Shown here: positions 39,101 to 51,558 of the stretch, piece by piece
How the letters are laid out: the number at the start of each line of letters is the position of its first letter
How positions within the stretch are numbered: position 1 is the first letter of the stretch
Origin: Carcharhinus longimanus
Lineage: Eukaryota
Assembly (NCBI GenBank): GCA_030264375.1
Contig: JASCQW010000139.1
Location: forward strand, 32,908,127-32,972,126
DNA: 64,000 nt
Direction of reading: 5' to 3'
Program-made: the position numbers and the translations under genes
The notes under the pieces: generated by a model
Databases searched by the model: none
What the model saw: only the letters and a program-made list of their open reading frames with translations
What the model was told of the DNA's origin: nothing

Positions 39101-39654
39101 AGAGCAGGGTTAGATTGATCAGACAAGGTCTCTGTGCATATGGAGCATTGTTGCGTGGACCAGGCACCCTGCCTGTGAGTAAGGAACAAGATAACCTAGG
39201 CAAGCTAGAAGGAAAGTGAAGCCGGTGTGGTCAGATGGAAAAACTTTTTCCCTTCTACTTGAATTTCCAGACTGCTGATTAGTTTGTAGCACGTTTTAAT
39301 TCTAGTTTGCTAGAGTAGTCTGCTGCTCCTGAAAGTGTAGCCGCTACCCAGGTGTGAGATAACCTTTGCATGCAAAATAACACAGGCTGTCCTGGTCAGC
39401 CATATTTCTCCACAGATGATGATGTAAATTAAAATACAAGTTGTTGTTGACCAGAGTCTAACCTTTGCTCATGCTTCACATAACAGTGCAATGTTTTAAT
39501 AGTTATGGCCTCTGATCTTCCTTTTCAAGCAGCTGACATTAGTGGCTCTGAGAAGACTTGGGTTAAAGGCCTCCCTCTCCTCCAGCTAGGAATCATGGGG
39601 AAAGCAAAAATCTTAAAGTTAAAAGTAAAGTTTATTCATTAGCCATTCTTTCTG

Positions 39655-39845
39655 ATTGTACCACAGCTTGATATGAGTCCTGCTCTGCCCAAGACCGCAA
39701 GGAACTACAAAGGGTCGTGAACGAAACCCAGTCCATCAGTCAAACCAGCCTGCCAGCCATTGACCCTGCCTACACTTCCCACTGCCTCAGAAAGCCAGCA
39801 TAATCATTGTACCCAGAATGCTCTCTTCCACCTTCTTCCATTCAT
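39655..39845 (+). mobile_element. Rex1/Babar LINE fragment
   Basis: CSAQDRKELQRVVNETQSISQTSLPAIDPAYTSHCLRK, homologous to 17375-17629. Confidence 0.8.
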
Positions 39846-39859
39846 ACTGCAATGAGGTT

Positions 39860-40200
39860 ACTGTGATACAGAAAGGTTAAATGATGAAAACTGGTTCCAT
39901 AGACCAGTCCCGTATTCCCTTGAGTATTGGAAATTAGAGGAAGATATAATTGAGGTGCTTAAAATGATTAAAGGATTTGATAGAAAGAAGCTATTCTCAC
40001 TCGTTAGCAGGGGAGGGATGTGGGATACAGAACAATGGTACATAATCCAAAAATGGAGATTGGCTACTCGGATGTTAGAAAGAAAAAAATTCAAAGTTAA
40101 AATTGAAATTTTTTTGCTAGGTAAGGATGTTAAAATCAGCCATGATCTAATTGACTGGTGGAACAGGCTTGAGGGGCTGAATGGCCTTCTGTTCCTTTCT
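39860..40200 (+). mobile_element. CR1 3' end with internal deletions
   Basis: LEEDIIEVLKMIKGFDR...KISHDLIDWWNRLEGLNGLL; CR1 3' UTR. Confidence 0.7.
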
Positions 40201-40917
40201 AGGTTCAGATGCAAACTGTGAAGTTATTGAAAGTGGTTGGTGCTGTATCTGTTCCTTAATGAGATAGCAAGTCTACTTGGCAAGTGGAAAAAAGGGCACA
40301 ATAATAACATTGAAAAATCTTTCTTTTCTGGGGACCAGGTAGTTTCCATAGTTCCAGCATGGGGAAAATATTTGATATTTTAATATGATTAACGCAGCTC
40401 TGTCAAGCTGTGATTTGGGTCTCAAGCATGTCAGCTGTGCCTGGCAATCGCTACCATTCTTTTCAGCCACTCAGGGAAGTGTGAGAGGAACAATGCACAG
40501 CTGCTGATTTATTTTGAGCCTCTGTTAGTTACAATCAAATGTCACAAATCACACAAGCTCCATAATGAAGGATCTCAATCGGAGAATCTTTGAAACCCTG
40601 CACTAAGCTCACATTCCATGAGGTGGAGCTGGCCTGTTTACAGCAGGGATGGATGGACAGAGGAATGTGCTGATGGCTGACTTGGTGAAATCATTGCAGT
40701 GCTGTTTTGAACCACATTAATTGGAAGATCCTGGCTTTAATCACCGCATCTGAGTTAACTGAACTCCATTGGGCTGTTATTAAGGTTATAATTGACTATA
40801 ATGCCACAGAAGGAAAGAAACAATTAGCCAGGATATTCTGGTAACCCTGCTGTGATCGCTGCTGGGCCTGTGGGATGGTAATGGGCTGGTATAGCAGTGA
40901 CATTCCTGTCATTTAGG

Positions 40918-41030
40918 AGTGATGTGGAGTTGGCGGCGTTGGACTGGGGAAGGCACAACACCAGATTCAAGTCCAACAGGTTTATTTGGTAGCATGAGCT
41001 TTCAGAGTATTGCCCCTTCATCCAGTGAAG
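40918..41030 (-). mobile_element. Penelope pseudo-LTR remnant with degenerate hammerhead motif
   Basis: gatgtggagttggcggcgttggactgggg...cacaacaccagattcaagtccaacaggtttatttggtagcatgagctttcagagtattgccccttcatcc. Confidence 0.75.
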
Positions 41031-41460
41031 TACAGTAGAACAGCACAGTGTCTAGATTCTGAGATAAAGAATGAAATTTACACCAATAAATCCCAGCAAT
41101 GAGTCAACCTCTTCAGGACAAGAGCAGAGAAATTGGTCTGCCTCAATTCACTTGGAGCCGTCTGCCATTTTACCTCATCAAAGGGTAATTGGGTTTACTT
41201 CCAATCTGCGTTAGCCCCTATCTTTGACTTTTGCTACAATCAACAAGAACCTAATCAGCTGAACTATATTCTGCTACATTGGAGTAGCATCAGAAGCGCT
41301 GAATCCATTTGTGTGTAGCTGTAGAAATTTGTTGTTAGCATTGCACAAGAGGCTGAGATCAAACAAACTGCAGCCAAGTAGTGTGTAATGTATAATGGCT
41401 GCAGCTCCTCCAGCTCTTCTTCAAACTGCTGCAGTCTGTTTTTGCTGCATCCCAGAGCTA

Positions 41461-41700
41461 TGTAAGAAGTCTCACAACACCAGGTTAAAGTCCAACAGGT
41501 TTATTTGGTTGCAAAATCCACTAGCTTTCAGAACGCTGCTCCTTTGTCAGGTAAGTGGGAGTTCTGTTCACAAACAGGGCACATAAAGACACAAACTCAA
41601 TTTATAAAATAATGGTTGGAATGTGAATCTTTATAGGTAATCAAGTCTTAAAGATACAGACAATGTGAGCGGAGAGAGCGTTAAGCACAGGTTAAAGAGA
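41461..41700 (-). mobile_element. Penelope element end (pLTR and adjacent UTR) running into a gap
   Basis: gtaagaagtctcacaacaccaggttaaagtccaacaggtttatttgg...ccactagctttcagaacgctgctcctttgtcagg. Confidence 0.8.
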
Positions 41701-42298
41701 NNNNNNNNNNNNNNNNNNNNNNNNNNNNNNNNNNNNNNNNNNNNNNNNNNNNNNNNNNNNNNNNNNNNNNNNNNNNNNNNNNNNNNNNNNNNNNNNNNNN
41801 NNNNNNNNNNNNNNNNNNNNNNNNNNNNNNNNNNNNNNNNNNNNNNNNNNNNNNNNNNNNNNNNNNNNNNNNNNNNNNNNNNNNNNNNNNNNNNNNNNNN
41901 NGTAAATTGAGAAAGGTGTACTAGCGCTTATTTTAGTCATTAGTATATCTACTGTGTAGCTGGGTAGGGTGATACTTCAGCACATGATCGAAACATTAAC
42001 ACTCTTTCACAATGTCAGATTAATAGTTATATTGGTACCATGTTGAGATGGAGTGTGCCATAATCTGTAACCTCATGGCACGGCATATTCCTTGCATCAC
42101 CATTGCTGTTAAGCAACGAGGCAACCCTGGTACAATAAGTAAGGTAGAACAGCACCAGGAATTTCAAAAATGAGGTAGAAATAAGCAATCCTTCAACAGA
42201 AGGGCTACCTACTTGTGTTAGAGTATCAGAGCAGAAACCCCAAGGTATATTGTGAAGCAAGATGGACCGAACCAAATTTTAGAAAAATTTAGCATTAG

Positions 42299-42925
42299 TG
42301 TGAGGATAGATGTTGCACCCCACGCGCAATTCTGTTGACAAACTAGAGAGCTTTTATCAAAACAAACTCCTTTTAGCAACACATTTTAACCATAAAATGA
42401 ATTAGTTTAACCTTTAACATTTACCAATTGGATAATACTTAAACATGGCAAAGTACAATTTTTAACTGCTAAGCTATCACTGTTAGTTCCAATCAAGCAA
42501 CATTTTTCTTATAGACGTAATCTTCTCTTTAAAATTAGTTAGCAAAACACAGGCATACTTGCTTTGACTTCGGTTAAGAGTATTGGAGCTTTCAAAAAGG
42601 CTCTGGAGAGAGAGCAACAGCAAGACACTTGTTTCCTCCAGCTCCAGGCAGCAACTGCTATAGGATTTAAAGTAAAAATGGAACTGCTCTTTCCTGCAAG
42701 CTTAACTCCTTCCATTAACCACATGACTCTGGAGAACTTAAAATAAACAAAAGATCCACTAACTCTACAAAGCAACATATTCCTAGCTAACATCATTATC
42801 ATCCTGCAGTCTCAGCATCTGCTGCATGTTTCCCCAGACAAAACTACTCTTGCAACGAAGTGCTGCCTCTTAAAGCAACTTCACCTTAAACAGAAAATAC
42901 AGCAAAATAGCACAGTATCATCACA
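42299..42925. mobile_element. Probable solo LTR
   Basis: Termini TGTGAGGATA...TATCATCACA (9/10 inverted match, TG...CA), 627 bp; no clean TSD. Confidence 0.5.
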
Positions 42926-43299
42926 CATGTTGAACAGTGGAGTCAATATGTTACATTCATAACTAAACAACTGATCCAGATCTCTGCCTCCTGATGTCCT
43001 TATGATTACACATGCCAGTATTCATATACAACAATCCACTATGTATGAAATCAAGATAAGGCTGACTGTTAAATGCAGCAAAGGCTATATATGGTTCACA
43101 ACAACATNNNNNNNNNNNNNNNNNNNNNNNNNNNNNNNNNNNNNNNNNNNNNNNNNNNNNNNNNNNNNNNNNNNNNNNNNNNNNNNNNNNNNNNNNNNNN
43201 NNNNNNNTGGTTCACAACAACATTCTAACTGCAATGCTTGCAGCGGCTTGTATTCTGGAACTAGTTACACCTCCTGCCACCCTGTTCCTGTAGCTGTTA

Positions 43300-44620
43300 C
43301 ATCTGGCATCTACAATGTGGAAGTTTGCCTAGGTATGTCCTGGCCTCAAAAAAATCTGATGCATCCAATCTAGTCAATTATTGCTCAATCAGTCTGTGTA
43401 ATCGCCAACAAAGTGCTGCAAGGAAGTATCAATAGTGTGAACCAGCAGCACCTGCCTACTAATAACCTGCTCCCCGATGCTCAGTTTAAGTTCCACCAGA
43501 GCCACTTTTCTCCCAACCACATCGCAGTTTTAGTCCACATATGGATGAAAGAACTGAATTCTAGAGCTGCTCTTGACATCAAGGAAGCATTTTCCCAAAT
43601 GTGCCATCAAGCAGCCATAGTAAAATTTAAGACCATGGAAATCAGTGAAAAACCCTTCACTGGCTGCAGTCACTGGTAGTACAAACAAAGACCATTGTAG
43701 TTGATGGAGTCTCATCATCTCAACCCCAGAATATCACTGTTCCTCAGGGACATGTCATAAGGCCATCTTCTACTGCAACAAGTTCCGTTTAACCTAAGTT
43801 CTGGTGTGGGATTGTTTGCTAATAATCGCAAAATGATCATTTCCGTTGTAACTCCTCAGATAATGAAGCGATTCATGGCTGTGTGGACAAACATTCAGGC
43901 TTGAGCTGATAAGTNNNNNNNNNNNNNNNNNNNNNNNNNNNNNNNNNNNNNNNNNNNNNNNNNNNNNNNNNNNNNNNNNNCCTGCCACCCTTCTTAAACA
44001 ACGGCGTAACATTAGCCGTTTTCCAATCTTCCGGCACTTCCCCGGAATCCAGCGACACACAACTGCACAATACACATATTAATACACAACTGCAAGCACA
44101 GGTGATAGCTGTGTGTGGCGAAGTGTTTTCACCATCTATAACACACAAGTCAGGAATGTGATGAAATGCTGCCCACTTCCTTGATGCCTAAGGACACTTG
44201 GAATCCAGTGCCACTGAGGAAAAAGCAACTTGCTTGATTGGCGCCTCATCCACTAGTTTTAAAGATGTACTGTGGCTTTTGTATGTATTATCTACAAAGT
44301 GCACTGCAGCAACTTGTTTACTCTTTTTTGATAGTCCCTTCCACGCCCATCATCTTTACCATCTAGGAAGAACAATGGCAGCAAACACAAAGGGAAACTA
44401 CCATATCCAAGTTCCCCAAGTCATGTACCATCCTAATGTTGTGTCTTCTTCATTACTGGTTGAACATCCTGGAGCTTGCACCCTTGCAGCACTGTGAGTG
44501 TACCTTCATCACAGACTGCGGCCGTTCAAGAGGTGTCTGGCTACCATCATTACCTTCTCGGGGGCAGTTAAGGATAGTCCTGATCAGTGATGTTCACAAT
44601 CAATGCAAATGCATGATTTT
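43300..44620 (+). mobile_element. CR1-group (family B) LINE, RT to 3' end, interrupted by a gap and a minus-strand CR1 piece (43981-44055)
   Basis: QHLPTNNLLPDAQFKFHQSH...ALDIKEAF, VPQG, LFANN; insert SLDSGEVPEDWKTANVTPLFKKGGR on the minus strand. Confidence 0.75.
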
Positions 44621-44834
44621 TTGAAGAAAGACCTAGAAAAAAATACAGTCAGACTTGAACATTTGCTGTTATGTATTCAACAGATTTCTTTCCTAATCTT
44701 CTTATATGTTTACCTCTCAAGTATAAAGTGAACTTAGCACAATAGATGAAAGTAGCAGCTTGATAGTTCATTGGATAGCTACATTACTAATTACCTCCCC
44801 ATTCAGGACACAGTCTCTGACTGACATAGGTGAC

Positions 44835-45230
44835 GAAACTGGATGTCTGAGTCATGATCTTCCAGAACTTTCTTGATTCAGGAATCGTCCCCATGGATAG
44901 CAAAAATTTCAAATTTGCTCCATTAGATTAGATTGGAAGAGATAAGTTAGATATTCTGGAAAACAGCTGTGGGAAAGTTACTAGGAGCTGTTATTAGGGC
45001 TGGAGTGGTTGAACACTTGGATAAATACAAACTGACAGGATGGAAACCAACATGGATGGTATCACCATAGTAGTCGAATTTTTTGAAGAAGTAACTAGCA
45101 TGATAAATAAGTGTCAAGGAGATGTTATTAATATGAACTTTCGGAACACTTTCAAGGTGGAGAGACTCTTCCCGCTCAAAAAAGACAGTAGGACTAGGGG
45201 GCACAGCCTCAAGATAAAGGGGGGGCGGTT
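44835..45230 (+). mobile_element. CR1 fragments
   Basis: VEFFEEVTSMINKCQGDVINMNF and VERLFPLKKDSRTRGHSLKIKGGR. Confidence 0.7.
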
Positions 45231-45342
45231 NNNNNNNNNNNNNNNNNNNNNNNNNNNNNNNNNNNNNNNNNNNNNNNNNNNNNNNNNNNNNNNNNNNNNN
45301 NNNNNNNNNNNNNNNNNNNNNNNNNNNNNNNNNNNNNNNNNN

Positions 45343-45417
45343 GTTGGACTAAAACCTGGTGTTGTCAGACTTTTTACTGTGTTTACGCCAGTCCAACGCC
45401 AGCATACCCACATCATG
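45343..45417 (+). mobile_element. Penelope pLTR end after a gap
   Basis: gttggactaaaacctggtgttgtcagactttttactgtgtttacgccagtccaacgccagcatacccacatcatg. Confidence 0.75.
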
Positions 45418-46009
45418 TTGTGTAGACCAGTCCTGATGACTGTGGTAACTGGAAGTCCAGTTCCTGACAGGCAAACTCACAGCTAATTGAAACAGTTTGG
45501 AGGAGCTGTATAACTTCATAGATCTTGAGAAAGCAAGGTGACACTGCCTTTTGGTGCAGCTGTGATTTGTTGCTGTGTGTTCAGTCACTGAGAGACTGCT
45601 GGGTCTCTCTCTTTGGATGAAGGGATTTCAATATCAGAGGGCAGTTTTGATCACTTGGTGAATGGCCATCATTCACAATGGAAGGCAAATGGTGGTATTT
45701 CATAGTGAAGAAGGAGCTTCAGTTTCATGGTCAAAAGCCATTGATACACAGTAGAAGGTAGATAGTGGCCTTGAGCACATTGCTGCGGGTACTCAGTTTT
45801 GATAGCCCTCCTTTGTCACGTGGCAACTCTGGAGTCAGAGTTTGGGCATTTATTGCCCCTGTGTTTTTCAATAAGCATTGACCATAGCAGGTGTGAAAAT
45901 TCCGAAGACAAGTAATGTTTAGGCATCTCCATGATAATCTAGCTTGGAACTTTTGCAGCATATAAGATGGAGAAGAGTAGCTAAATGTTGATCCCCTAGA
46001 GGTAGAGCC

Positions 46010-47468
46010 AAGAGAAATTCTCGTAGGGAATGAAAAATTGGCAGAATCATTGAAGCGTTTGTTTTTGTCTGTCTTCACAATAGATTTCATTTACCAGAGT
46101 AAGGGGTTAATTAGAAGGTTAATAAGAATGAAGGATTTTACAATATTGAATATAAGCAGAGAAAAGGTGTTAGAGAAACTTAAGGGACTAAAAGCTGACA
46201 AATTCCTGGCCTACATCCTACTGTTTTGAAAGGGAAAATGGATGCGCGGGATTCTAGAATAATCCCAGCAGATTGCAAGTTATCAAATATAAAATGGCTA
46301 TTCAAGAAAGGAGAAAGAGGGAGAAATCAGAACTACAGGAGCTGTCGGGGAAAATGTTGGAACAGAGAAACATAATATGATAAGACAGAGTTAACGTGGT
46401 TTTATGAAAAGAAAACTGTGTTTGACAGATTTATTAGCATTTCTTTTTGTGGATATAACTAGTACTGTCATTAAAGGGAAGCCAATAGATGTAGTATATT
46501 TGGGTTTCAAAAGACATTCAATAAGGTGCCACACAAGGTAACAGCTCATGGAGGTGAGGGATAATATATTCACATGGATAGAGGTCTGGTTGTCTGAAAA
46601 GAAGTAGCGAATGGAGACAAATGGGCCATCTTCAAGCTTGCAAGTTGAAATGACTGGAGTGCTGCAAGAAGTGTTGGGCCTTGGTTATTTGCCATTTATA
46701 TTAATGATTGAGACGAAGAGACCAAGCGTTATTTATGTACTTTTCAGACAATACAAAGCTAAACTGTAAGCTGTGAAGGGGATACAAAGCTATGGAGAGA
46801 TGGGCAGGTTGGGTGAGTGAGTAAAAATGTAGCATGTTGAATATAAATTGAGAAAGTGTGAGGTTATTCATTTCAGTGGTTATAGAAAGTAGAATTCCTT
46901 AAGGTTTGAATCTTTTGCATGTTGCTATTCAGAGAAACATGGGTACACCCTGAAAGGAACACAAATTTAGCATATAGGGCTCAGAAATACAAGAATAAGA
47001 AAGTCAGTTGTAAAAGGCTTTGGCAATACCACTCATGGACGTGCTGTGCACAGTTTTGGTCAACATATTCACAGAAAGATATTCTTGTCCTGGAGGCAGT
47101 ATAGCATTCACTAGATTGTTTCCGGGGCTAAGGGTTAATGTATGTTGAGAGGCTGAGGAAATTGAGTTTTTCTCTTGAGTTCAAAACACATGAAAATGTT
47201 CCAGTTTCTGAAGGGATTTCACAGGCCAGACACTGAGAGGCTGTTTCTGCAGGCTGAAGAATCTACAACATGCGGATAGTGGGGGCACAATCTCAAGAGA
47301 AGATCATTTAGGATGGGTGATGAAGTTTGTAAATCTTTAGAATTCTCCACTGAGGCTTCATTATTGAGGATATTGACAGCTGAGATAGGTTTTTGATCTC
47401 TCGAGAAATCAGGGATATGGGGAGTGGGTGGGAAAGTGCAGTTGAGGCAAGAGATCAATCATGATCAT
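46010..47468 (+). mobile_element. Decayed CR1 ORF2 and 3' UTR (tail continues at about 47812-47826 and 51734-51770)
   Basis: SREKVLEKLKGLKADK, DVVYLGFQKTFNKVPH, CAQFWS.Y.KDILVLEAV, gagatcaatcatgatcata. Confidence 0.75.
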
Positions 47469-47797
47469 AGAACACTACACAAACAGACCCTTCGGCCCAC
47501 AAGTTGCGCCGATCACATCCATACCTACCAAGCCATAGAACTACCTGTAACTCCCAATCCCATTAAATCCCATGTACTCATCCAGAAGTCTTTTAAAAGA
47601 CCCCAGTGAGTTCGCCTCTACNNNNNNNNNNNNNNNNNNNNNNNNNNNNNNNNNNNNNNNNNNNNNNNNNNNNNNNNNNNNNNNNNNNNNNNNNNNNNNN
47701 NNNNNNNNNNNNNNNNNNNNNGTTCGCCTCTACCACCACCGACGGCAGCCGATTCCACTCACTCACCACCCTCTGAGTGAAAAACTTACCCCTAACA
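47469..47797 (-). mobile_element. Young CR1 3' end spanning a gap, nested in the older CR1 tail
   Basis: Minus ORF VRGKFFTQRVVSEWNRLPSVVVEA; tail catagaacactac...cccttcggcccac. Confidence 0.8.
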
Positions 47798-47826
47798 TAG
47801 TGTAATACCACAGTGAATAGTGGAAC

Positions 47827-48019
47827 TGATTTGTATTTATATTTCTTCCTTGCTGGAACAGGTCACTTTCAGAGTTTAATCACATAATGTACTGATGACA
47901 TGTTCACTGTAACGGCAAATATGCAGTCTATCCTAAGAGCCTGCAGTGAAAACACCTTTCTAGTAAAGCTCTTTTTTGTACCTTTGTGGTCGATAAACCA
48001 TTCCTTTTAAAATTCCACA
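47827..48019 (+). repeat. Gypsy 5' LTR
   Basis: TGATTTGTAT...AATTCCACA; aligns by eye with the 3' LTR (ggaaca-ggtca, aatcac, taaagctct, tgtacctt, ccttttaaaa). Confidence 0.8.
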
Positions 48020-48027
48020 AAGAAAAC

Positions 48028-48039
48028 TGGCGATGAGGA
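48028..48039 (+). promoter_or_regulatory. Primer-binding site complementary to the tRNA-Ser(GCT) 3' end
   Basis: TGGCGATGAGGA versus expected TGGCGACGAGGA (one CpG-type change), 8 nt after the 5' LTR. Confidence 0.75.
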
Positions 48040-49815
48040 ACCACACCGTCAGACCCACCCCCGCCGAGATATAAAATTTTAAAAATTATCGATGCATGCT
48101 GCAGGCATCCGAAAAGTATTAAGAAGATAATATTGCTGCACCAAAGCTGGCGATGCAGGGGGGTGCCAAATATCAGTAGCAGGTTTTGAAGAAACTGAAA
48201 TATAATTGAAGATTTTGGGCAAAGTAACATCAAAAAGAAACTTGCCATGTGCTTTAGCGGAAAGCTTTGGAACTGTACAGGAGGTATTGTGAGTAAAACA
48301 AATACCCAGCAACAATAACTCGGAGCTAGGGGTTTTGCAAAAATTGGAAGGAAATAGGATGAACTCAGGGTTACTTTGTTTGAAAGAAAAAAATCGAGGT
48401 AATACTAAAAGCTTTGTGGGACATTGTGCATACACAAGCCCTTCCCATAGTGGTTCAGTTAAGAGGCCGTACCAACATAAATGTGTGACTAAATAGCCGG
48501 ACTACAGACTTGCCCTTTAACAAAGTGCAGGGATATGAGCCAATCCTGATGGGGAGAACCTGGCTGGAGAGAATCAAGCTAAACTGAGTGAGACAAATTT
48601 CATGTCGCAGCCTGTGTTAGGTCCACCAAAGAGTTTAAAGAAGCATTGTCTTTGATGGGAAGCATGAGGGAGTTCTCAGTCAAGCTAATGATTAAGGATG
48701 AAAGTCAAGCAAGATGTTTAAAGGCTAGATCAATGTCATATACCATCAGGCCGAAGGTCAAGGGAGAAGTAGAGAGGCTGGTCAAGCCAGGCTCCTTGAA
48801 TCCATTAATGTGATTGGGCCACATTAGTAGTACCTGTGATGAAGAACGGTGGTTTGGTATGCATATGCGACAATTTTAAAGTCACTATCAATCTGGTATT
48901 GTGTGCAGAGCAGTACCCTCTACCTTTTAATTGATGATTTATTTGCTGGGTTGGCCGGAGGCCAGCATTTCAGTAAAGTTGACCTTACTCAAGCTTATCT
49001 ACAGATAAATGTGGATCCGGATTCAAAGAATATTTGACAATCGTGACACGTAAGGGGCTATTTAGACATAAAAGGCTTCCAATTAGCATTAGGTCTGCAC
49101 TTGCATTGTTCCAAATTCTAAGCATATTAGGAGTCCAGTGCTACTTAGGTGATATCTTAGTTACTGGCAAGAATGAAGAAGAGCATCTCCAAAATGTAGA
49201 CCCAACACTCTAAAGACAAGAAGATTACAAATCATGAGTATGGATGGATGAATGTGAATTCTTCAAATCTTCTGTTGAATACGGGGCTTGTCATACATGC
49301 AAAGAAACTGCGCAAATCACCTTCAAAAGTAAAAGCCATACCTGAGGCACCTGCACTTCAAAATGTAAATCAACTTCAGTTGTTTTTTGGCTTATTAAAC
49401 TATTATGGCAGGTTTAAACCCTAATCTAGCAACCATTTTCAAGCCTTTACACAACTTGTGTCAAAACAGGAAATGAGTGGATCAGTGTGAGGAAGTCCTG
49501 ACATACTTTGATCCGAATTTAGCTTTGTGATGTATCACCTTAGGAGCTAGGTGCAGTGGTTTCTTCCATAATGTCCAATGGTGAAGAGAAGATATCAAAA
49601 TCCTTGAGCAAAGCAGGAATGAACTATGCACAGATAAAGAAGCTCCAGGAAACATTTTAGGAATCAAGTCTTTCTACCAATATCTTTATGGAAGGAAATT
49701 TACTTTGTCATTGGCCAATGATCCATTAATAATGATATTTGACCCTCATATTGGGATTCCATCTCTGGCAGTGAGCAGGATGTAAAGATGGGCATTGCTG
49801 TTGTCAACACAAACA

Positions 49816-50090
49816 TGCCTTTGACAAGGTCTCTCATGGGAGGTTAGTTAGGAAGGTTCAGTCGCTAGGTATACATGGAAAGGTAGAAAATTGGATTGGA
49901 CACTGGCTCAATGGAAGAAGCCAGAGGGTGGTTGTGCAGGATTGCTTCTCTGAGTGGAGGCCTGTGACTAGTGGAGTGCCACAGGGATCGGCGTTGGGTC
50001 TATTTTTGTTTGGCATCTATATCAATGATCTGGATGATAATGTGGTAAATTGGATCAGCAAATTTGCTGATGATACAAAGATTGGAGGTG
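49816..50090 (+). mobile_element. Young CR1 RT fragment inserted in Gypsy pol
   Basis: [10 protein letters not shown]...[42 protein letters not shown], then a gap. Confidence 0.9.
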
Positions 50091-51558
50091 NNNNNNNNNN
50101 NNNNNNNNNNNNNNNNNNNNNNNNNNNNNNNNNNNNNNNNNNNNNNNNNNNNNNNNNNNNNNNNNNNNNNNNNNNNNNNNNNNNNNNNNNGGATCAGTGT
50201 GAGAATGCCTCATACAAGCTAGGAGGCATTATTAAAGTCAGGAGTACTGACACACTTTGATCCAAAGTTACCCTTAAGCGTAGGATTTCTCACGTAATGC
50301 CCAATGGTGAAGAGAAGCGACGTGTAGTAAACTGACTACACGAAGGTCATTGTGGACATTAAGGATAAAGGAGATAGCCAGAAGCTATTTTTGGTAGTCA
50401 GGGCTTGATAGTGAAATTGAGGAGAAGACAAGTACGTGTTCAACTTGTGAAAAAGTTTGAAACCTGCCATCAATAATTTCCAATTGCATCAATGGGAATG
50501 GCCAGAAGTGCCATGGCAAAGAGTTCATCTAGATTATGCCAAACCGCTAGAAGGACAAATGTATTTTGTTGTGATGGATGCATACTCTTGATAGCCAGAA
50601 GTCACCATTATGAAGACTATATCCTCGGAAAGAACAACAGAAAGAAAGAAAGAATGGGTGAGATTTTTGCAAGATTTGGTTACCCTGAACAACTTGTTAG
50701 CGACAATGAGCCACAGTTCACTTTGCAAGAATTCACAAGTTATTGAACGGAGTCCAACACATCCGATCTGCTCCTTAGCATCCTGCACTGGGCTGGCTGA
50801 AAAGTTTGTTCAAACAATGAAGCATTAATTGAAAGTAACTTGTGAACAAGAATCATTGTCTAAATGACTAAGCCACTTCCTGATGACATACAGGAATACA
50901 ACACGTTCGACAACCTAAAGTTCTCTGTCAGTTACACACAGCGTTGGATTTGCTGAAGCCACTTAAGATGAGCGAAATTGTTGAGAGAGAACAACAAAGT
51001 CAGGTTTTGCAACATGAGGACAGGGCTAAACACAAATGTTTTTAAGGTCAGGTAGTATTGGCAAGGAATTATATCATCAGTGAGAAGTGGAAATCTGCCA
51101 GGACCAGTCTCCTGCGCCGTTCAAATTCAGGACAAGGTAGTATGGAGAAGATATGTTAATTAGCTTTTTAGCAACTAGAACTAGTTTGCTAGAGACTGTG
51201 TCAACCAATAGTCCACAACAAACTGTGCCAAGTGAAGACCTGGACGTTCCTCAGAACATGATACCAGAAGCAACTTTGGAAGACAGTACCTTAACTGAGG
51301 ACATTTCAACGCCGAGTAAACCTCCAAATCATACATCGACTCCAGTTGACATCCAAATTCAACCAGCAACACCAACGGTTGCAGTCAACACGAAAAAGCA
51401 AGTGCCTGAGGTTGCTGATAGCCACACAAAAATTGACATCCTTCTAAATGTTTAACTTACTGACTGTTGTGTTATTAATTGTTCACATTGTAAATTTTGA
51501 TTGTTAGTGCCATATTGTATTCCAGTGCAGAAACCTCTGCCGTAAAGGAGAATGAAAG

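Noticed and set aside
45480-45970. Possible RTE LINE fragment on the minus strand
   Set aside because: Only faint motif resemblance; no diagnostic RT motif could be read.
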